Source: Candidatus Woesebacteria bacterium
GTDB lineage: Bacteria; Patescibacteriota; Microgenomatia; UBA8517
DNA length: 64,000 nt
Assembly: GCA_013374855.1 (NCBI GenBank)
Contig: CP055308.1
Coordinates: 401,833-465,832, forward strand
Direction of reading: 5' to 3'
Numbering within the stretch: the first letter of the stretch is position 1; each line of letters starts with the position of its first letter. The notes under the pieces were generated by a model, which had not been told where the DNA came from, made no database searches, and saw nothing but the letters and a program-made list of their open reading frames with translations. Shown one piece after another: positions 29,639 to 39,448 of this stretch. Position numbers and translations under genes: made by a program.

Positions 29639-30644
29639 AAATAAAAAAGTCTTGGTGATTTGTGGGCCTACAGCAACAGGTAAGACAAAACTTGCGGTTC
29701 ATTTGATTAAATCACTGTTTAAATCTGCTGGTGATTATCTGGCGGACATTATCTCTGTTGATTCGCGGCAGGTTTTTAGAAGAATGGATATAGGAACAGG
29801 TAAAGATCTACCTTCTGGTTCAAAGTTAATGTTCCCTGATTCTTATTTTGAAAAGATGGGGATTGGTTTTTATCTTATAGAAGGCGTGCGTGTTTGGGGT
29901 TATGATTTAGCGGAACCTGACGAAGAATTTAGTGTTTCCTCTTACTTAAATAAGGTAAAGTTAATTATTAAATTTATTTTAGGTCGAAAGAAAATGCCTG
30001 TTTTGGTTGGAGGGAGCGGGCTTTATTTGAAATCTTTGATAGACGGTATTGAAACAATAGTTATCCCTAAAAATGAGATATTAAGAGAGCGTCTTTCATC
30101 TTTATCAATTAGAGAGCTTTTTGATAGGCTTGTAAAAATTAATCCTAAGAAAGCCGCCTCTTTAAATTTATCAGACAGAAATAATCCTAGAAGATTGATT
30201 AGGGCTATAGAAATTAGTCAATGGTTGCTCAATAATAATAAAAGCTTGGATGATTTAAAGGTGGGATTGTTTAACGGTAGCACAGAATTTCTTTTTATTG
30301 GATTATTTGCGCCTAAAGAAAAATTGTCTGGTTTAATTGAAAAAAGAGTTTTAGAAAGATGGAATAGTGGTTTTAAAGAGGAAGTGTTAAATCTTTTGAG
30401 GAATGGTGTTCCTTGGTCTTGTCAATCCATGAGTAGTATTGGTTATAAAAATATAAGGGATTTACTAGAAGGAATAAAGAATGAACAGCAATTTTTACTG
30501 GAATGGATAAGTGATGAGATATCTTATGCAAAAAGGCAAATGACTTGGTTTAAGAAAGACAAACGAATAAAGTGGTTTAATGTGTCAGAAAATTTTTTTA
30601 AGGAAGTGGAAGAAGAGGTCTTAAAATGGTATTATAAGAGTTAA
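29619..30644 (+). CDS. miaA: tRNA dimethylallyltransferase
   Basis: GPTATGKT, SVDSRQV...MDIGTGK, GGSGLY, YAKRQMTWF. Confidence 0.96.
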   Translation: MPAPQVKNKKVLVICGPTATGKTKLAVHLIKSLFKSAGDYLADIISVDSRQVFRRMDIGTGKDLPSGSKLMFPDSYFEKMGIGFYLIEGVRVWGYDLAEPDEEFSVSSYLNKVKLIIKFILGRKKMPVLVGGSGLYLKSLIDGIETIVIPKNEILRERLSSLSIRELFDRLVKINPKKAASLNLSDRNNPRRLIRAIEISQWLLNNNKSLDDLKVGLFNGSTEFLFIGLFAPKEKLSGLIEKRVLERWNSGFKEEVLNLLRNGVPWSCQSMSSIGYKNIRDLLEGIKNEQQFLLEWISDEISYAKRQMTWFKKDKRIKWFNVSENFFKEVEEEVLKWYYKS

Positions 30645-30648
30645 TCTT

Positions 30649-31620
30649 ATGAGTCAAAAGGTAGAAATATCTCACAGAACGATTATTTTTACTGTTTTAT
30701 TTGTTATTTTTTTGTGGTTTATTTATTTTATTCGCGATATTATTTTATTCTTTTTTGTATCTCTTCTTTTGATGATAATCTTAAATCCTTTTGTTAATGG
30801 TTTATCACGTTTCAAATTACCAAGAGTTATTTCGATTGCAATAATTTACTTAACTCTTATTGGATTTTTAATTCTTCTTGTTTCGTCTTTTACTCCTTTG
30901 ATTATTGATCAATCAAGCAAGCTTATATCTCTTTTCCCTTCTTTGATTGAAAATATGGGGCTTGTCCCAGTTATAGGCGATTCTGTGATAGCGGAGTTCA
31001 CAAGACATCTGGGTAATTTTTCGGAAGCAGTTGTAAAATTTACCTTTTCAGCTTTTTCTAATATTCTTTCAGTTGTTGCAGTTTTGGTTCTTGCTTTTTA
31101 TCTTCTGCTTGATAGAGAAAAGATAGAAAACGGAGTGGATGGAGTTTTGGGTAAAGAATGGAGAAGAAAGATAAAGTTATTTCTTGATCTTTGGGAGAAA
31201 GAATTAGGTGGTTGGTTGAGGGGGCAACTTCTTTTAATGCTTTCTGTGGGCATTTTAACTTTTATTGGACTTATTGTTTTAAGGATACCTTTTTCATTAC
31301 CTCTTGCCTTGCTAGCTGGAATTTTGGAAATAGTTCCAATTATTGGTCCTTTACTTTCTGCTATTCCTGCTGTAATTGTTGGTTTTAATATTTCACCTTT
31401 ATTAGGAGTTTTCGTTGCTATTTTGTACTTTATTGTTCAACAGCTAGAAAACCATTTGCTTGCTCCGAAAATTATGCAAAAGTCTACAGGAATAAATCCT
31501 GTTATTGTAATTCTATCTTTAACTGTTGGTTTGAAAATAGCGGGTTTTATTGGAGTACTTTTGGCAATTCCTGTTTATCTTACTTTGAGGATTGCTATTC
31601 GTGTTTTTCTTGCGCGTTAG
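30649..31620 (+). CDS. AI-2E family transporter
   Basis: W.RGQ, P..GP, QQLENH.L.PKIM, G...LAIP. Confidence 0.9.
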   Translation: MSQKVEISHRTIIFTVLFVIFLWFIYFIRDIILFFFVSLLLMIILNPFVNGLSRFKLPRVISIAIIYLTLIGFLILLVSSFTPLIIDQSSKLISLFPSLIENMGLVPVIGDSVIAEFTRHLGNFSEAVVKFTFSAFSNILSVVAVLVLAFYLLLDREKIENGVDGVLGKEWRRKIKLFLDLWEKELGGWLRGQLLLMLSVGILTFIGLIVLRIPFSLPLALLAGILEIVPIIGPLLSAIPAVIVGFNISPLLGVFVAILYFIVQQLENHLLAPKIMQKSTGINPVIVILSLTVGLKIAGFIGVLLAIPVYLTLRIAIRVFLAR

Positions 31621-31667
31621 AAGCTGGTTTGATTGAATAAATCTTTCTTTTTTGGTAAGATTTAGTT

Positions 31668-31975
31668 GCTCTGGAGGAGGAGCAGTCGCCCTTTTTGGGA
31701 GGAAAGTCCGGACAGCTGAAAGGCAAGATGCGCCGCGCAAGCGGTGACCCGTAAGGGCTGGTCCCCCATTTAGGGGGTGTGGGATGAATTGACATCCCGC
31801 AAGAGCAACAGAGACGAGTCTTGTCTTTTCCTAAAGAAAAGATAAGGGTGAAACGGGCAATCCCCTCTGCTGCAACCTGCGATCTGGGCAATTGAGGTGC
31901 CTTTCCCAAGCCCTAAGGCAGGGCGTAGATAGATGACTGCTTAGAAACAGAATCCGGCTTACTATTCTCCAGAGT
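31668..31975 (+). ncRNA. rnpB: RNase P RNA
   Basis: GAGGAAAGTCCG, GCAACAGA, GGTGAAACGGGCAATCC, AGATAGATGACTGC, ACAGAATCCGGCTTA; P1 ctctggag/ctccagag; P6 gaaaggca/tgcctttc. Confidence 0.93.
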
Positions 31976-32002
31976 AAAACCCACCGCAAAGGTGGGTTTT
32001 TT
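31976..32002 (+). terminator. intrinsic terminator after rnpB
   Basis: aaaacccacc-gcaaa-ggtgggtttt followed by a T run. Confidence 0.85.
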
Positions 32003-32058
32003 CTGCTTGACTAATATTTATTTTTTCTTCAACATAAAACTGGGATTTATAAAATTAT

Positions 32059-33588
32059 ATGCTTTCTAAAATAGTTTCTGGAGCTACAATTGGCCTTGAT
32101 GGATGTTTGGTAGAGGTGGAAGTTGATGCGTCTGGTGAAGGTTTGCCATCTTTTAATATTGTAGGTCTTCCGGATAAGGCAGTTGAGGAATCAAAAGAAA
32201 GAGTACGCTCGGCTTTAAAAAATTCTGGGGCTAATTTTCCAGATGGTAGAGTTACTGTAAATTTAGCACCTGCAGATCTTCCTAAAGTTGGTCCTGTTTA
32301 TGATTTGCCTATTGCAGTTGGGATTTTGGTGGCGTCAAAGCAAATTCCTCCACCTGATTTATCATCTTTGTTTTTTGGCGAACTTTCTCTTGATGGTTCT
32401 TTGCGTCATACAAATGGTGTTTTACCAATAGTTTATTTGGCTAAGGAGAGGAAAATTAAAAGAGTTTTTATTCCAAGTGATAATGAAAAAGAAGCTTCTG
32501 TTGTAAGTGGGATATTGGTTTTTCCTGTAAAATCGCTTATTGAATTGGTAAGGTTTTTTTTAGGTACATATGAAATACAACCTTTATCCCATGTTAGTTT
32601 AGAGAGTCTTCTAAAAACTGCACAGGCTGATTTTGATTTTTCAGAGATTATAGGACAGGAACAAGCTAAAAGGGCTATGGAGGTTGCAGCAGCGGGATCG
32701 CATAACATTTTTATGAGAGGGACACCCGGCTCTGGTAAAACAATGCTTGCAAGAGCTTTACCTGGAATTTTACCTATTTTAACTGAAGAAGAAGCGCTTG
32801 AGGTGACTAAGATTTATTCTATAACTGGTAATTTAACTTCTTCACAATCTATTGTTACCACCCGCCCCTTTAGAAGCCCACATCATACTACGAGTAGAAT
32901 AGGTTTAATTGGTGGGGGGTCTAACTTGATCCCGGGCGAGGTTTCATTGGCTCATAGAGGGGTCTTATTTTTGGATGAGTTTCCGGAATTTCCAAGAAGT
33001 GTTTTGGAAAGTCTTCGCCAGCCTTTGGAGGATGGAAAGGTAACAATATCGCGTGCCAAAGGGAGCGTGACATATCCTGCTAATTTTCTTCTTGTTGCTG
33101 CCTCAAACCCTTGTCCTTGCGGATACTATGGAGATCCCAAAAAGCCTTGCAGGTGTCTTCCGGGACAGATTGCTCGTTATCAGAAAAGAATTTCAGGGCC
33201 AATCTTGGATAGGATTGACATTCACATAGAAGTCCCGTCAGTTGACACGCAAAAATTAATTGGTGAATCGCAGATAAAATCTGAAAGTTCAGAGGTAATT
33301 CAAAAAAGAGTCCAATTGGCAAGGGAGAGGCAACTCAAACGTTTTATTGGGACAAAAATTAAATCAAATTCTGAAATGGGAACAAGGGATGTTAAAAAAT
33401 ATTGCCCTCTAGCACCTGAATGTCGCACAATATTAAGAAGCGCCATTGTTAATTTAGGTCTTTCTGCAAGAGCTTATTTTAAGGTAATTAAAGTTGCAAG
33501 AACAATTGCTGATTTGGCTGGTAAAGATGTTATTGACACTGTATGTATTGCAGAAGCTCTTCAATATAGACTGCGTGATGAGAATTAG
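32059..33588 (+). CDS. comM: YifB/ComM family Mg-chelatase-like AAA+ ATPase
   Basis: VGLPD.AV.ES.ERV, NLAPAD..K.G, GTPGSGKT, PFRSPHH, LFLDE.PEF, NPCPCG. Confidence 0.93.
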   Translation: MLSKIVSGATIGLDGCLVEVEVDASGEGLPSFNIVGLPDKAVEESKERVRSALKNSGANFPDGRVTVNLAPADLPKVGPVYDLPIAVGILVASKQIPPPDLSSLFFGELSLDGSLRHTNGVLPIVYLAKERKIKRVFIPSDNEKEASVVSGILVFPVKSLIELVRFFLGTYEIQPLSHVSLESLLKTAQADFDFSEIIGQEQAKRAMEVAAAGSHNIFMRGTPGSGKTMLARALPGILPILTEEEALEVTKIYSITGNLTSSQSIVTTRPFRSPHHTTSRIGLIGGGSNLIPGEVSLAHRGVLFLDEFPEFPRSVLESLRQPLEDGKVTISRAKGSVTYPANFLLVAASNPCPCGYYGDPKKPCRCLPGQIARYQKRISGPILDRIDIHIEVPSVDTQKLIGESQIKSESSEVIQKRVQLARERQLKRFIGTKIKSNSEMGTRDVKKYCPLAPECRTILRSAIVNLGLSARAYFKVIKVARTIADLAGKDVIDTVCIAEALQYRLRDEN

Positions 33589-33636
33589 TTTTACTTCTTG
33601 AAATTGTTACCTCTGACTGGTATTTTTTCAGAAATT

Positions 33637-33981
33637 ATGTCCTGTGAGCAGCCAAAGGTTTTGAGTAAAGAAGATGCCTCTAAAATAAGAAATTGGGGTG
33701 AGAGGATTTTTGCTCTTGCTTGTCTGGAAAAAAGTTGTCTGGAAGTTGAATATCAGATACCTGTTAATGGAAAAACTTGTTCGGTTATAGATTTTAGGGT
33801 AACAAATATAAAAAGTGGTCGTTCTCGTCTTGTGGAGGTAACCGAGACTCCTCGTGATAAGGTTTTTGACTCCGAGAGAAAGGAGAGGCAAGTTAGGAAT
33901 TTGAAACAGAATGGCGAACCGTTTACTGTCTTAACTTTGGAAAATTTGGCTTCTATAGTAAAACATCTTTCCTTGGAGTAA
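33637..33981 (+). CDS. hypothetical protein, possible PD-(D/E)xK nuclease fold
   Basis: GE....., E.Q...., IDF.V, LVEV spacing; fold inferred only. Confidence 0.5.
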   Translation: MSCEQPKVLSKEDASKIRNWGERIFALACLEKSCLEVEYQIPVNGKTCSVIDFRVTNIKSGRSRLVEVTETPRDKVFDSERKERQVRNLKQNGEPFTVLTLENLASIVKHLSLE

Positions 33982-34418
33982 TTTCTTTTGTTTTAATGTA
34001 TAAATACATTAAAAAAAGCAATAATAGTTTTTCGAAGAGCCAAAAAGAAGAGATAGTGACATTGAATTATACCCCTCTAATTTTTATTAGAACTCTTTTT
34101 CCCCTTTGTTCGTTGAATTTGTTGTAGAAAATTGCCCCAATAGTCAAGTTCAGGACTTTCTTTTGTTATTGCCGTAATTGTTTCCCTTCCCCTTATTGTT
34201 TTTCTGAGATGATCATCGTTATTGTCCTTTCCTGTTAGCTTGTGTTTATAAAAGAATGGGTTATAAGTAGTTATTTTTTCAAGCCAATTTTTGAAGTTTT
34301 TCTTGGTCCTACTTATTCATTGTCTATAAAGATAGAAGATATAGTATATACATAGAGTTTACTCAACATATTCCCTCTTTGATTTTGCTATAGAGTTATG
34401 GTTTGTTATAATACCTTG

Positions 34419-35267
34419 ATGTTGGAGCGTGATTGCCAGAAGGGTAATGAGACTTTAACCAGAAGAGGTTTTTTAAAATTATCGATTTTATTTTCAATAT
34501 CTAGTTTTTTCTATCCCTTTAAAGGAATATCTTTGGAACAAAGAGAATTACCTGTTACTCTTACCCCAAAGTCGTTAATGCTGCATAGTGCTAATGAGCC
34601 ATTGGTTGAGGGTTTGGCGAAAAGATTAAAGGAATTGAACTATCGATCCTTAACTTACAGTGAAATGTTTGAAAATATTAGGAATGGAGGGTGTATAGAT
34701 GGGAAGCATATTTTGCTTTCCTTGGATGATTTAAGTATAGAGTGGCTTAATCCTGCTTATAGTAGGATTGTGGATACATTTGCTGGATTCGGTTTTAACT
34801 TGACTTTAGGTGTTGTTACTCGTGGCAAACCTAGCGAAAAAGCTATTCAAGGTATTTATAAAATGATAGGAAAAGGGTGTGAAATAGCAGTGCACACAGA
34901 AAATCATATTGATTTAGGTTCAGCTGATTTAAAGACAGTTTTTAGAGAGATATCAACATGTTATGGAAAAATAATCAGATTTTTTGATGTAGTTCCTAGT
35001 ACTTTAATTTTGCCCTTTGGGTTTATATATATAGATTCTAAAGATCCTAATAAAGGGTACAACCAAGCGATTTTTGATGTTTGTAAAGAGTTGAAAATAA
35101 ATTGGGTTGTTGGAATAGTGGGTGGTAAGAGTTTTGGTGGTAAGTCTCCTTTTTATGTTGGAAGGATATCTCCCGATGGAAAGCATAATGTAGATGCAAC
35201 TTTGAATCTGCTTAATAATTCATTTAGAGGTGTTAGAAGTAGTTGTAATAATAAACTAGTCCCCTAA
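34419..35267 (+). CDS. polysaccharide deacetylase (NodB/CE4-like) with twin-arginine-like N-terminus
   Basis: LSLDD, EIAVHT.NH.DL, LPFG; TRRGFLK followed by a hydrophobic stretch. Confidence 0.8.
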   Translation: MLERDCQKGNETLTRRGFLKLSILFSISSFFYPFKGISLEQRELPVTLTPKSLMLHSANEPLVEGLAKRLKELNYRSLTYSEMFENIRNGGCIDGKHILLSLDDLSIEWLNPAYSRIVDTFAGFGFNLTLGVVTRGKPSEKAIQGIYKMIGKGCEIAVHTENHIDLGSADLKTVFREISTCYGKIIRFFDVVPSTLILPFGFIYIDSKDPNKGYNQAIFDVCKELKINWVVGIVGGKSFGGKSPFYVGRISPDGKHNVDATLNLLNNSFRGVRSSCNNKLVP

Positions 35268-35295
35268 GTTTTGTTTTGTATGATAAGCTAGAAAG

Positions 35296-35813
35296 ATGAA
35301 GAAATTTTTATTATTTTTGTTTTTGTCCTGTTTTTACTTGTATGAACATTGTTTCTTGTGGAATGTTATTTTGGAGTAGTGCCTTATATTTCTTCTATTT
35401 TTGGATCTGATAAACCGAGAAATTTAGGGGTTTACTATACTGTGGATAGATTTTGGTTCTTATATCAGAAAAGCTAATTATAAGATAGAAAGAGCAAGTG
35501 AGGCAACTTCTCCTTTGGGTGTTGATTTTTCAGGACAGATTTAATTAGATTAAACTTTTACAAAAGAGGAAGTCTCAGCTCGTTTGAATTATACTCCCCG
35601 GAGGTATATGCCTATCAAAAATATTAAGTTAATTTTTCTGTGGAAGATGAAGTTGAATTTTCTGCCAATTTGATTGTAGGTAAACTTCCTTCGTTCTTGG
35701 CGGCTGTTGGTTTTGATAAGGTAAGCAAAGAGGATATAAATAAAGGTTGGGGTTATCTTAAGTATATTTCGAACTCTCCTGTTTATGCCAGAACAAAGGT
35801 GGAAGTATGTTGA
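35296..35813 (+). pseudogene. probable decayed gene for an exported protein
   Basis: TG-n-TAAGCT -10 lies 6 nt before ATG AAG AAA plus a hydrophobic start, then short open fragments broken by stops and frameshifts. Confidence 0.35.
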
Positions 35814-36034
35814 TATTAAACTTATGTATACACTTCATGATTTGTCAAGAGATGAGAGATCACGATTGTGAATTGTTAAGTTTGATAGACATGCTCTTTC
35901 TTCTCAGAAATTATTAGAAATTATTTTATGCTGAGGTATTGTTGGTAAATTTCTCTGGCAGCTACCCGGAGGCGTTTTAGACTGGTATTGACTTAACGGT
36001 ACCATTTTTTTATATTATGTATATAGTGATAAAT

Positions 36035-36994
36035 ATGGAAAATCAACTTAATATTGATAATCAAAATAATTGGCAAGTAGATCAAGGATCAATAAGTCAA
36101 AATATACAAACTCCACCAAAAACAAAAATCAATTATTGGATAATTACTAGTATAATTTTCGCAATCTTATTTTTGGGAACAGCCACTTTATATTTGTTCA
36201 ACTTACAAACGAAAAAAGGAAAAGAGAATTTTCAAAATCAGCAGGTTAGCGAATCTACAGAGTTTTTCCAGCCTACTTCAGTACCGACACTTTTACCAGT
36301 AGAACCAAGCAACCAAGAATTTCCAATATTACTTGATAGTAAAGAAAAATTAGCGTCAGACTTAGATTTAAACTTACTAAATGGTAATTTTGTATCTATT
36401 CCCGAAACTGACTTAGAAGTAAAGATACCACTGACTTATAATTTGCAAAAAAACACAAGAGATGTATTTCTAGGAACAATTCCAGTTTTAAGTTATAGAA
36501 AAGAAATTCCCAAACTAGTGCAAGACGTTTATGAATGTGGCCAGATAGGGAGTAGTTTGGAATTGAGACCTTATATAAACGAAGAATATTGCAAACCAAT
36601 ACTTGCCAAATACGGAACTTATTCTGATAAGTACAGTAATTATGTAATGCAAGGAGTAAACACATTTTTTGTTCATGTTGTTACTACTTCCCTTACTCCA
36701 CAGCAATGGGTGGCGCAGAATGTTTCCTATGAAGGGGAAAAATGGAACAAGAGTATGGGAACAGGAAGAGATATAAAGATAAATAATCTTTCGTTTTTTT
36801 CCGTAAATGTTGCATGCTGTGGTGGTTATGAACAAGTATATTTATATCCTTATAATTCTCTAGATAATCAAAAAATTATTTTGCTTTTTGCCACCAACAA
36901 TCGCTATGGATCAGAAAGTACAGTAGAAGAAGTACAGTTAGATAGAAATATTGTTCTTGATAGAATACTTTCCACACTAAGAAAAAAACAGTAA
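36035..36994 (+). CDS. hypothetical membrane-anchored protein
   Basis: N/Q-rich leader, single TM, S/T/P linker; TTGACT-17-TATATT promoter at 35988-36016. Confidence 0.75.
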   Translation: MENQLNIDNQNNWQVDQGSISQNIQTPPKTKINYWIITSIIFAILFLGTATLYLFNLQTKKGKENFQNQQVSESTEFFQPTSVPTLLPVEPSNQEFPILLDSKEKLASDLDLNLLNGNFVSIPETDLEVKIPLTYNLQKNTRDVFLGTIPVLSYRKEIPKLVQDVYECGQIGSSLELRPYINEEYCKPILAKYGTYSDKYSNYVMQGVNTFFVHVVTTSLTPQQWVAQNVSYEGEKWNKSMGTGRDIKINNLSFFSVNVACCGGYEQVYLYPYNSLDNQKIILLFATNNRYGSESTVEEVQLDRNIVLDRILSTLRKKQ

Positions 36995-37186
36995 TCAGCA
37001 TGGACAAAGTCTGGTGTGCTAGCTTTTATGAGAAAAGAGCAGAAACAGCTCCAAGAACTTCCTAAGCATTCTCCCGGATCGGTAAAGACTTCCAAGAATT
37101 AATTTTTTCTTCAAAGATGTATTTTAAGGGGGTATCTCTAACAAAAGGTGAACTATTGATAGAATAAATTTGCTAAAATTTAAAGA

Positions 37187-37636
37187 ATGAAGATTGTAGT
37201 CCAAAGAGTAAGTAAAGCTTTGGTAAAAACGGAAAGCAAAATAGTAGGAAAAATAGACGATGGTCTTTTTGTTTTAGTTGGGGTTTTTGAAGATGATTCA
37301 GAAGAAGATGCTTTGTATTTAGCAGACAAGCTTTCAAAGTTGCGTATTATGGCTGATAATAAGGGAAAAATGAATCTTTCGGTTTCTAATGTTAATGCCA
37401 AGATTCTGGTAGTTTCTCAGTTTACTTTGTGTGCAGATACAACCGCTGGAAATCGTCCATCTTTTGTAAGAGCAGCAGCTCCTGATAAGGCTTTTGTTTT
37501 ATATAATCTTTTTGTAGAAAGACTAAATAAATTGGGATTGGTTGTAGAAACAGGCAGTTTTGGCAATTATATGCAGATAGAAAACCATCTTGACGGCCCC
37601 GTGACTATAGTTCTTGATTCAAAGGACAGAAAATGA
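37187..37636 (+). CDS. dtd: D-aminoacyl-tRNA deacylase
   Basis: VVQRV, SQFTL, GNRPSF, DGPVT. Confidence 0.96.
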   Translation: MKIVVQRVSKALVKTESKIVGKIDDGLFVLVGVFEDDSEEDALYLADKLSKLRIMADNKGKMNLSVSNVNAKILVVSQFTLCADTTAGNRPSFVRAAAPDKAFVLYNLFVERLNKLGLVVETGSFGNYMQIENHLDGPVTIVLDSKDRK

Positions 37637-38247
37637 AAATCAACTGGAGAATAATTTTTGAAGTCTTTTATAATATTTTTACTGTTTTTTTGATTGTATT
37701 TTTAATTGTTCTTGCTTATTTTCTTGGTTTTAAGTCGGGAGAGATTTTTGGTGCTAATAAGTTGAGAGAACAGTTTGTTCGTTTAGAAGAGAATGTTAGT
37801 TCTAAGGAGATAGCAAGGCAAACCCCTACCCCGTTGAGTGTGAAGACTCCTGTGCCGACTGCTAGACCCAGAATTATAAACTGGACAGGACCCCAGCTTT
37901 GGGAAGAAGTTAACAAAGCAAGAGTGGCACATGGAGTTGGTCCTCTAAAACAAAAGGATGAGCTATGCACTATTGCTTCGATCAGGTTAAACGAACTTTT
38001 GGAATTGGGAAAACTTGATGGACACGAAGGTTTCTCTACACTTCCCGAAAGAAGACCGGATTTGAAGTGGATTTATGAACAATACACAATCGCTGAATTT
38101 TTGATAGCTGGAGCGACTTCTGCAAAAGATGCAGTTGACAGCTGGCTTGATACTTTAGGACACAGCAAGCTTTTAACTGGGGGTGAGTATGTTTGGGGTT
38201 GCACTTACGCTCAGAATGGTTTTGGGGTGGCAATTGCTGCTTATTGA
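37633..38247 (+). CDS. CAP (SCP) domain protein, membrane-anchored
   Basis: VN.AR...G..PL, H, W..T.GH..LL. Confidence 0.8.
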   Translation: MKINWRIIFEVFYNIFTVFLIVFLIVLAYFLGFKSGEIFGANKLREQFVRLEENVSSKEIARQTPTPLSVKTPVPTARPRIINWTGPQLWEEVNKARVAHGVGPLKQKDELCTIASIRLNELLELGKLDGHEGFSTLPERRPDLKWIYEQYTIAEFLIAGATSAKDAVDSWLDTLGHSKLLTGGEYVWGCTYAQNGFGVAIAAY

Positions 38248-38843
38248 ATAAGTTTTTCTTCTTTTAAGAATTTTATTAGTTTTTCCTTTGATCTATACTG
38301 CCTGCCAATAGAAACAAAAAGACGGTTTATGTCTTTCCAGTATTTTTTGGGAAGGATCTTTTCTAGCTCTTTTTCTGTTTCTTCTGGATTTTTGGTTTTA
38401 ACCCACTTCAAGAGATTACTGATTCTGTGTACATGAGTATCAACAGCAATGGCGGGGATTTTAAAAGCTCGGTTTAGGACAATGTTGGCTGTCTTTCTGC
38501 CAACGCCCGGTAGTTTAGTAAGTTCTTCTCTGGTTGAGGGTATTTTCCCTTTATACTTGTTGACTATAGTACCTGCGAGTTTTTTGAGATATTTTGCCTT
38601 TGTTCTGTAAAAACCTACAGGATAGATAAGTTTTTCTATTTCTTTTGTATTTAATTTTGCAAGTCTTTTTATGTCTGGTGCCTTTTCAAAAAGTTTTAGA
38701 GCAGCTTTTATTGTGGTGTCATCGTTTGTTCGAGATGACATCAAAGTTGAGATTAAAGTTTTGTAAGGATTATTTCCAAAAACCTCAAGGGGAACTTCCT
38801 TATATCTTTTTTTAAAAGTTAAAAACACTTTTCTAAAATTCAT
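38241..38843 (-). CDS. nth: endonuclease III (HhH-GPD), lacking the C-terminal 4Fe-4S cysteines
   Basis: GFY..KA, LPGVGRKTAN, AVDTHVHR; ends GRQYR without a Cys cluster. Confidence 0.9.
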   Translation of the reverse strand: MNFRKVFLTFKKRYKEVPLEVFGNNPYKTLISTLMSSRTNDDTTIKAALKLFEKAPDIKRLAKLNTKEIEKLIYPVGFYRTKAKYLKKLAGTIVNKYKGKIPSTREELTKLPGVGRKTANIVLNRAFKIPAIAVDTHVHRISNLLKWVKTKNPEETEKELEKILPKKYWKDINRLFVSIGRQYRSKEKLIKFLKEEKLIQ

Positions 38844-38853
38844 TTTATCAACA

Positions 38854-38884
38854 CAAAAGGAAAACCATTATGGCTTTCCTTTTG
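38854..38884. terminator. hairpin, probable terminator for the DUF5679 gene
   Basis: caaaaggaaa.cca-tta-tgg.tttccttttg. Confidence 0.6.
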
Positions 38885-38907
38885 CTTTTTGGAAACAAGT
38901 TCAAAAT

Positions 38908-39045
38908 TTACTTTCCGACAATTTTGAACATTGTTGTTCCGCAAACCTCGCAAACAGCTTTTTTGGCTTTTTTGCCATTTTTCAAGGTAACATCTTGAAT
39001 GTTTTTACCTTCTCTTTTTGTTCGACATTTGACGCAGTAGAACAT
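38908..39045 (-). CDS. DUF5679-like small zinc-ribbon protein (45 aa, absent from ORF track)
   Basis: MFYCVKCRTKREGKNIQDVTLKNGKKAKKAVCEVCGTTMFKIVGK*; strong SD AAGGGGGTGA. Confidence 0.85.
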   Translation of the reverse strand: MFYCVKCRTKREGKNIQDVTLKNGKKAKKAVCEVCGTTMFKIVGK

Positions 39046-39083
39046 TCTCTTCACCCCCTTTCTTTTGATTAGCCCTCGACTGA

Positions 39084-39368
39084 TTAAGGCTTATTCCAAA
39101 CAAAGTATAACACCACCTCTAAGCCTAGTATTAAAGCTGTTAAACCTAAACTTTTTAGAATATCCTTCTTAATTGTGTAAACCGATTTTTCTCTTTCCGT
39201 ATTTATGGGATTTTTTATAATTTTGTTTTCTATTCTTTGTTTTTTTGAATCTTGATCTAATTGACTCTTGACAAGGTTTTCTGTGTCTATTAACTGAATG
39301 CCTTTTGTACCGAAAATAAACGAATGGTTAGCTCTCAGTTTTTCTTTTTTTGTTCTTCGTTTTGACAT
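39084..39368 (-). CDS. hypothetical protein with basic N-terminus and C-terminal TM
   Basis: ORF; KRRTKKEK start; hydrophobic tail. Confidence 0.65.
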   Translation of the reverse strand: MSKRRTKKEKLRANHSFIFGTKGIQLIDTENLVKSQLDQDSKKQRIENKIIKNPINTEREKSVYTIKKDILKSLGLTALILGLEVVLYFVWNKP

Positions 39369-39448
39369 AACCTACTTGGCCTTAATTTACACTAAAAAAG
39401 ACCTGAAAACAATATATTTCTTTTTGTTCTTGACATAAAAAAGACAAG

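Noticed and set aside
31519-31909. Minus-strand ORFs 31519-31740 and 31595-31909
   Set aside because: They are antisense shadows of the RNase P RNA.
33985-34320. Minus-strand gene starting ATG at 34320
   Set aside because: Stop at codon 4 and further stops, with no recognisable motif, so no product can be supported.
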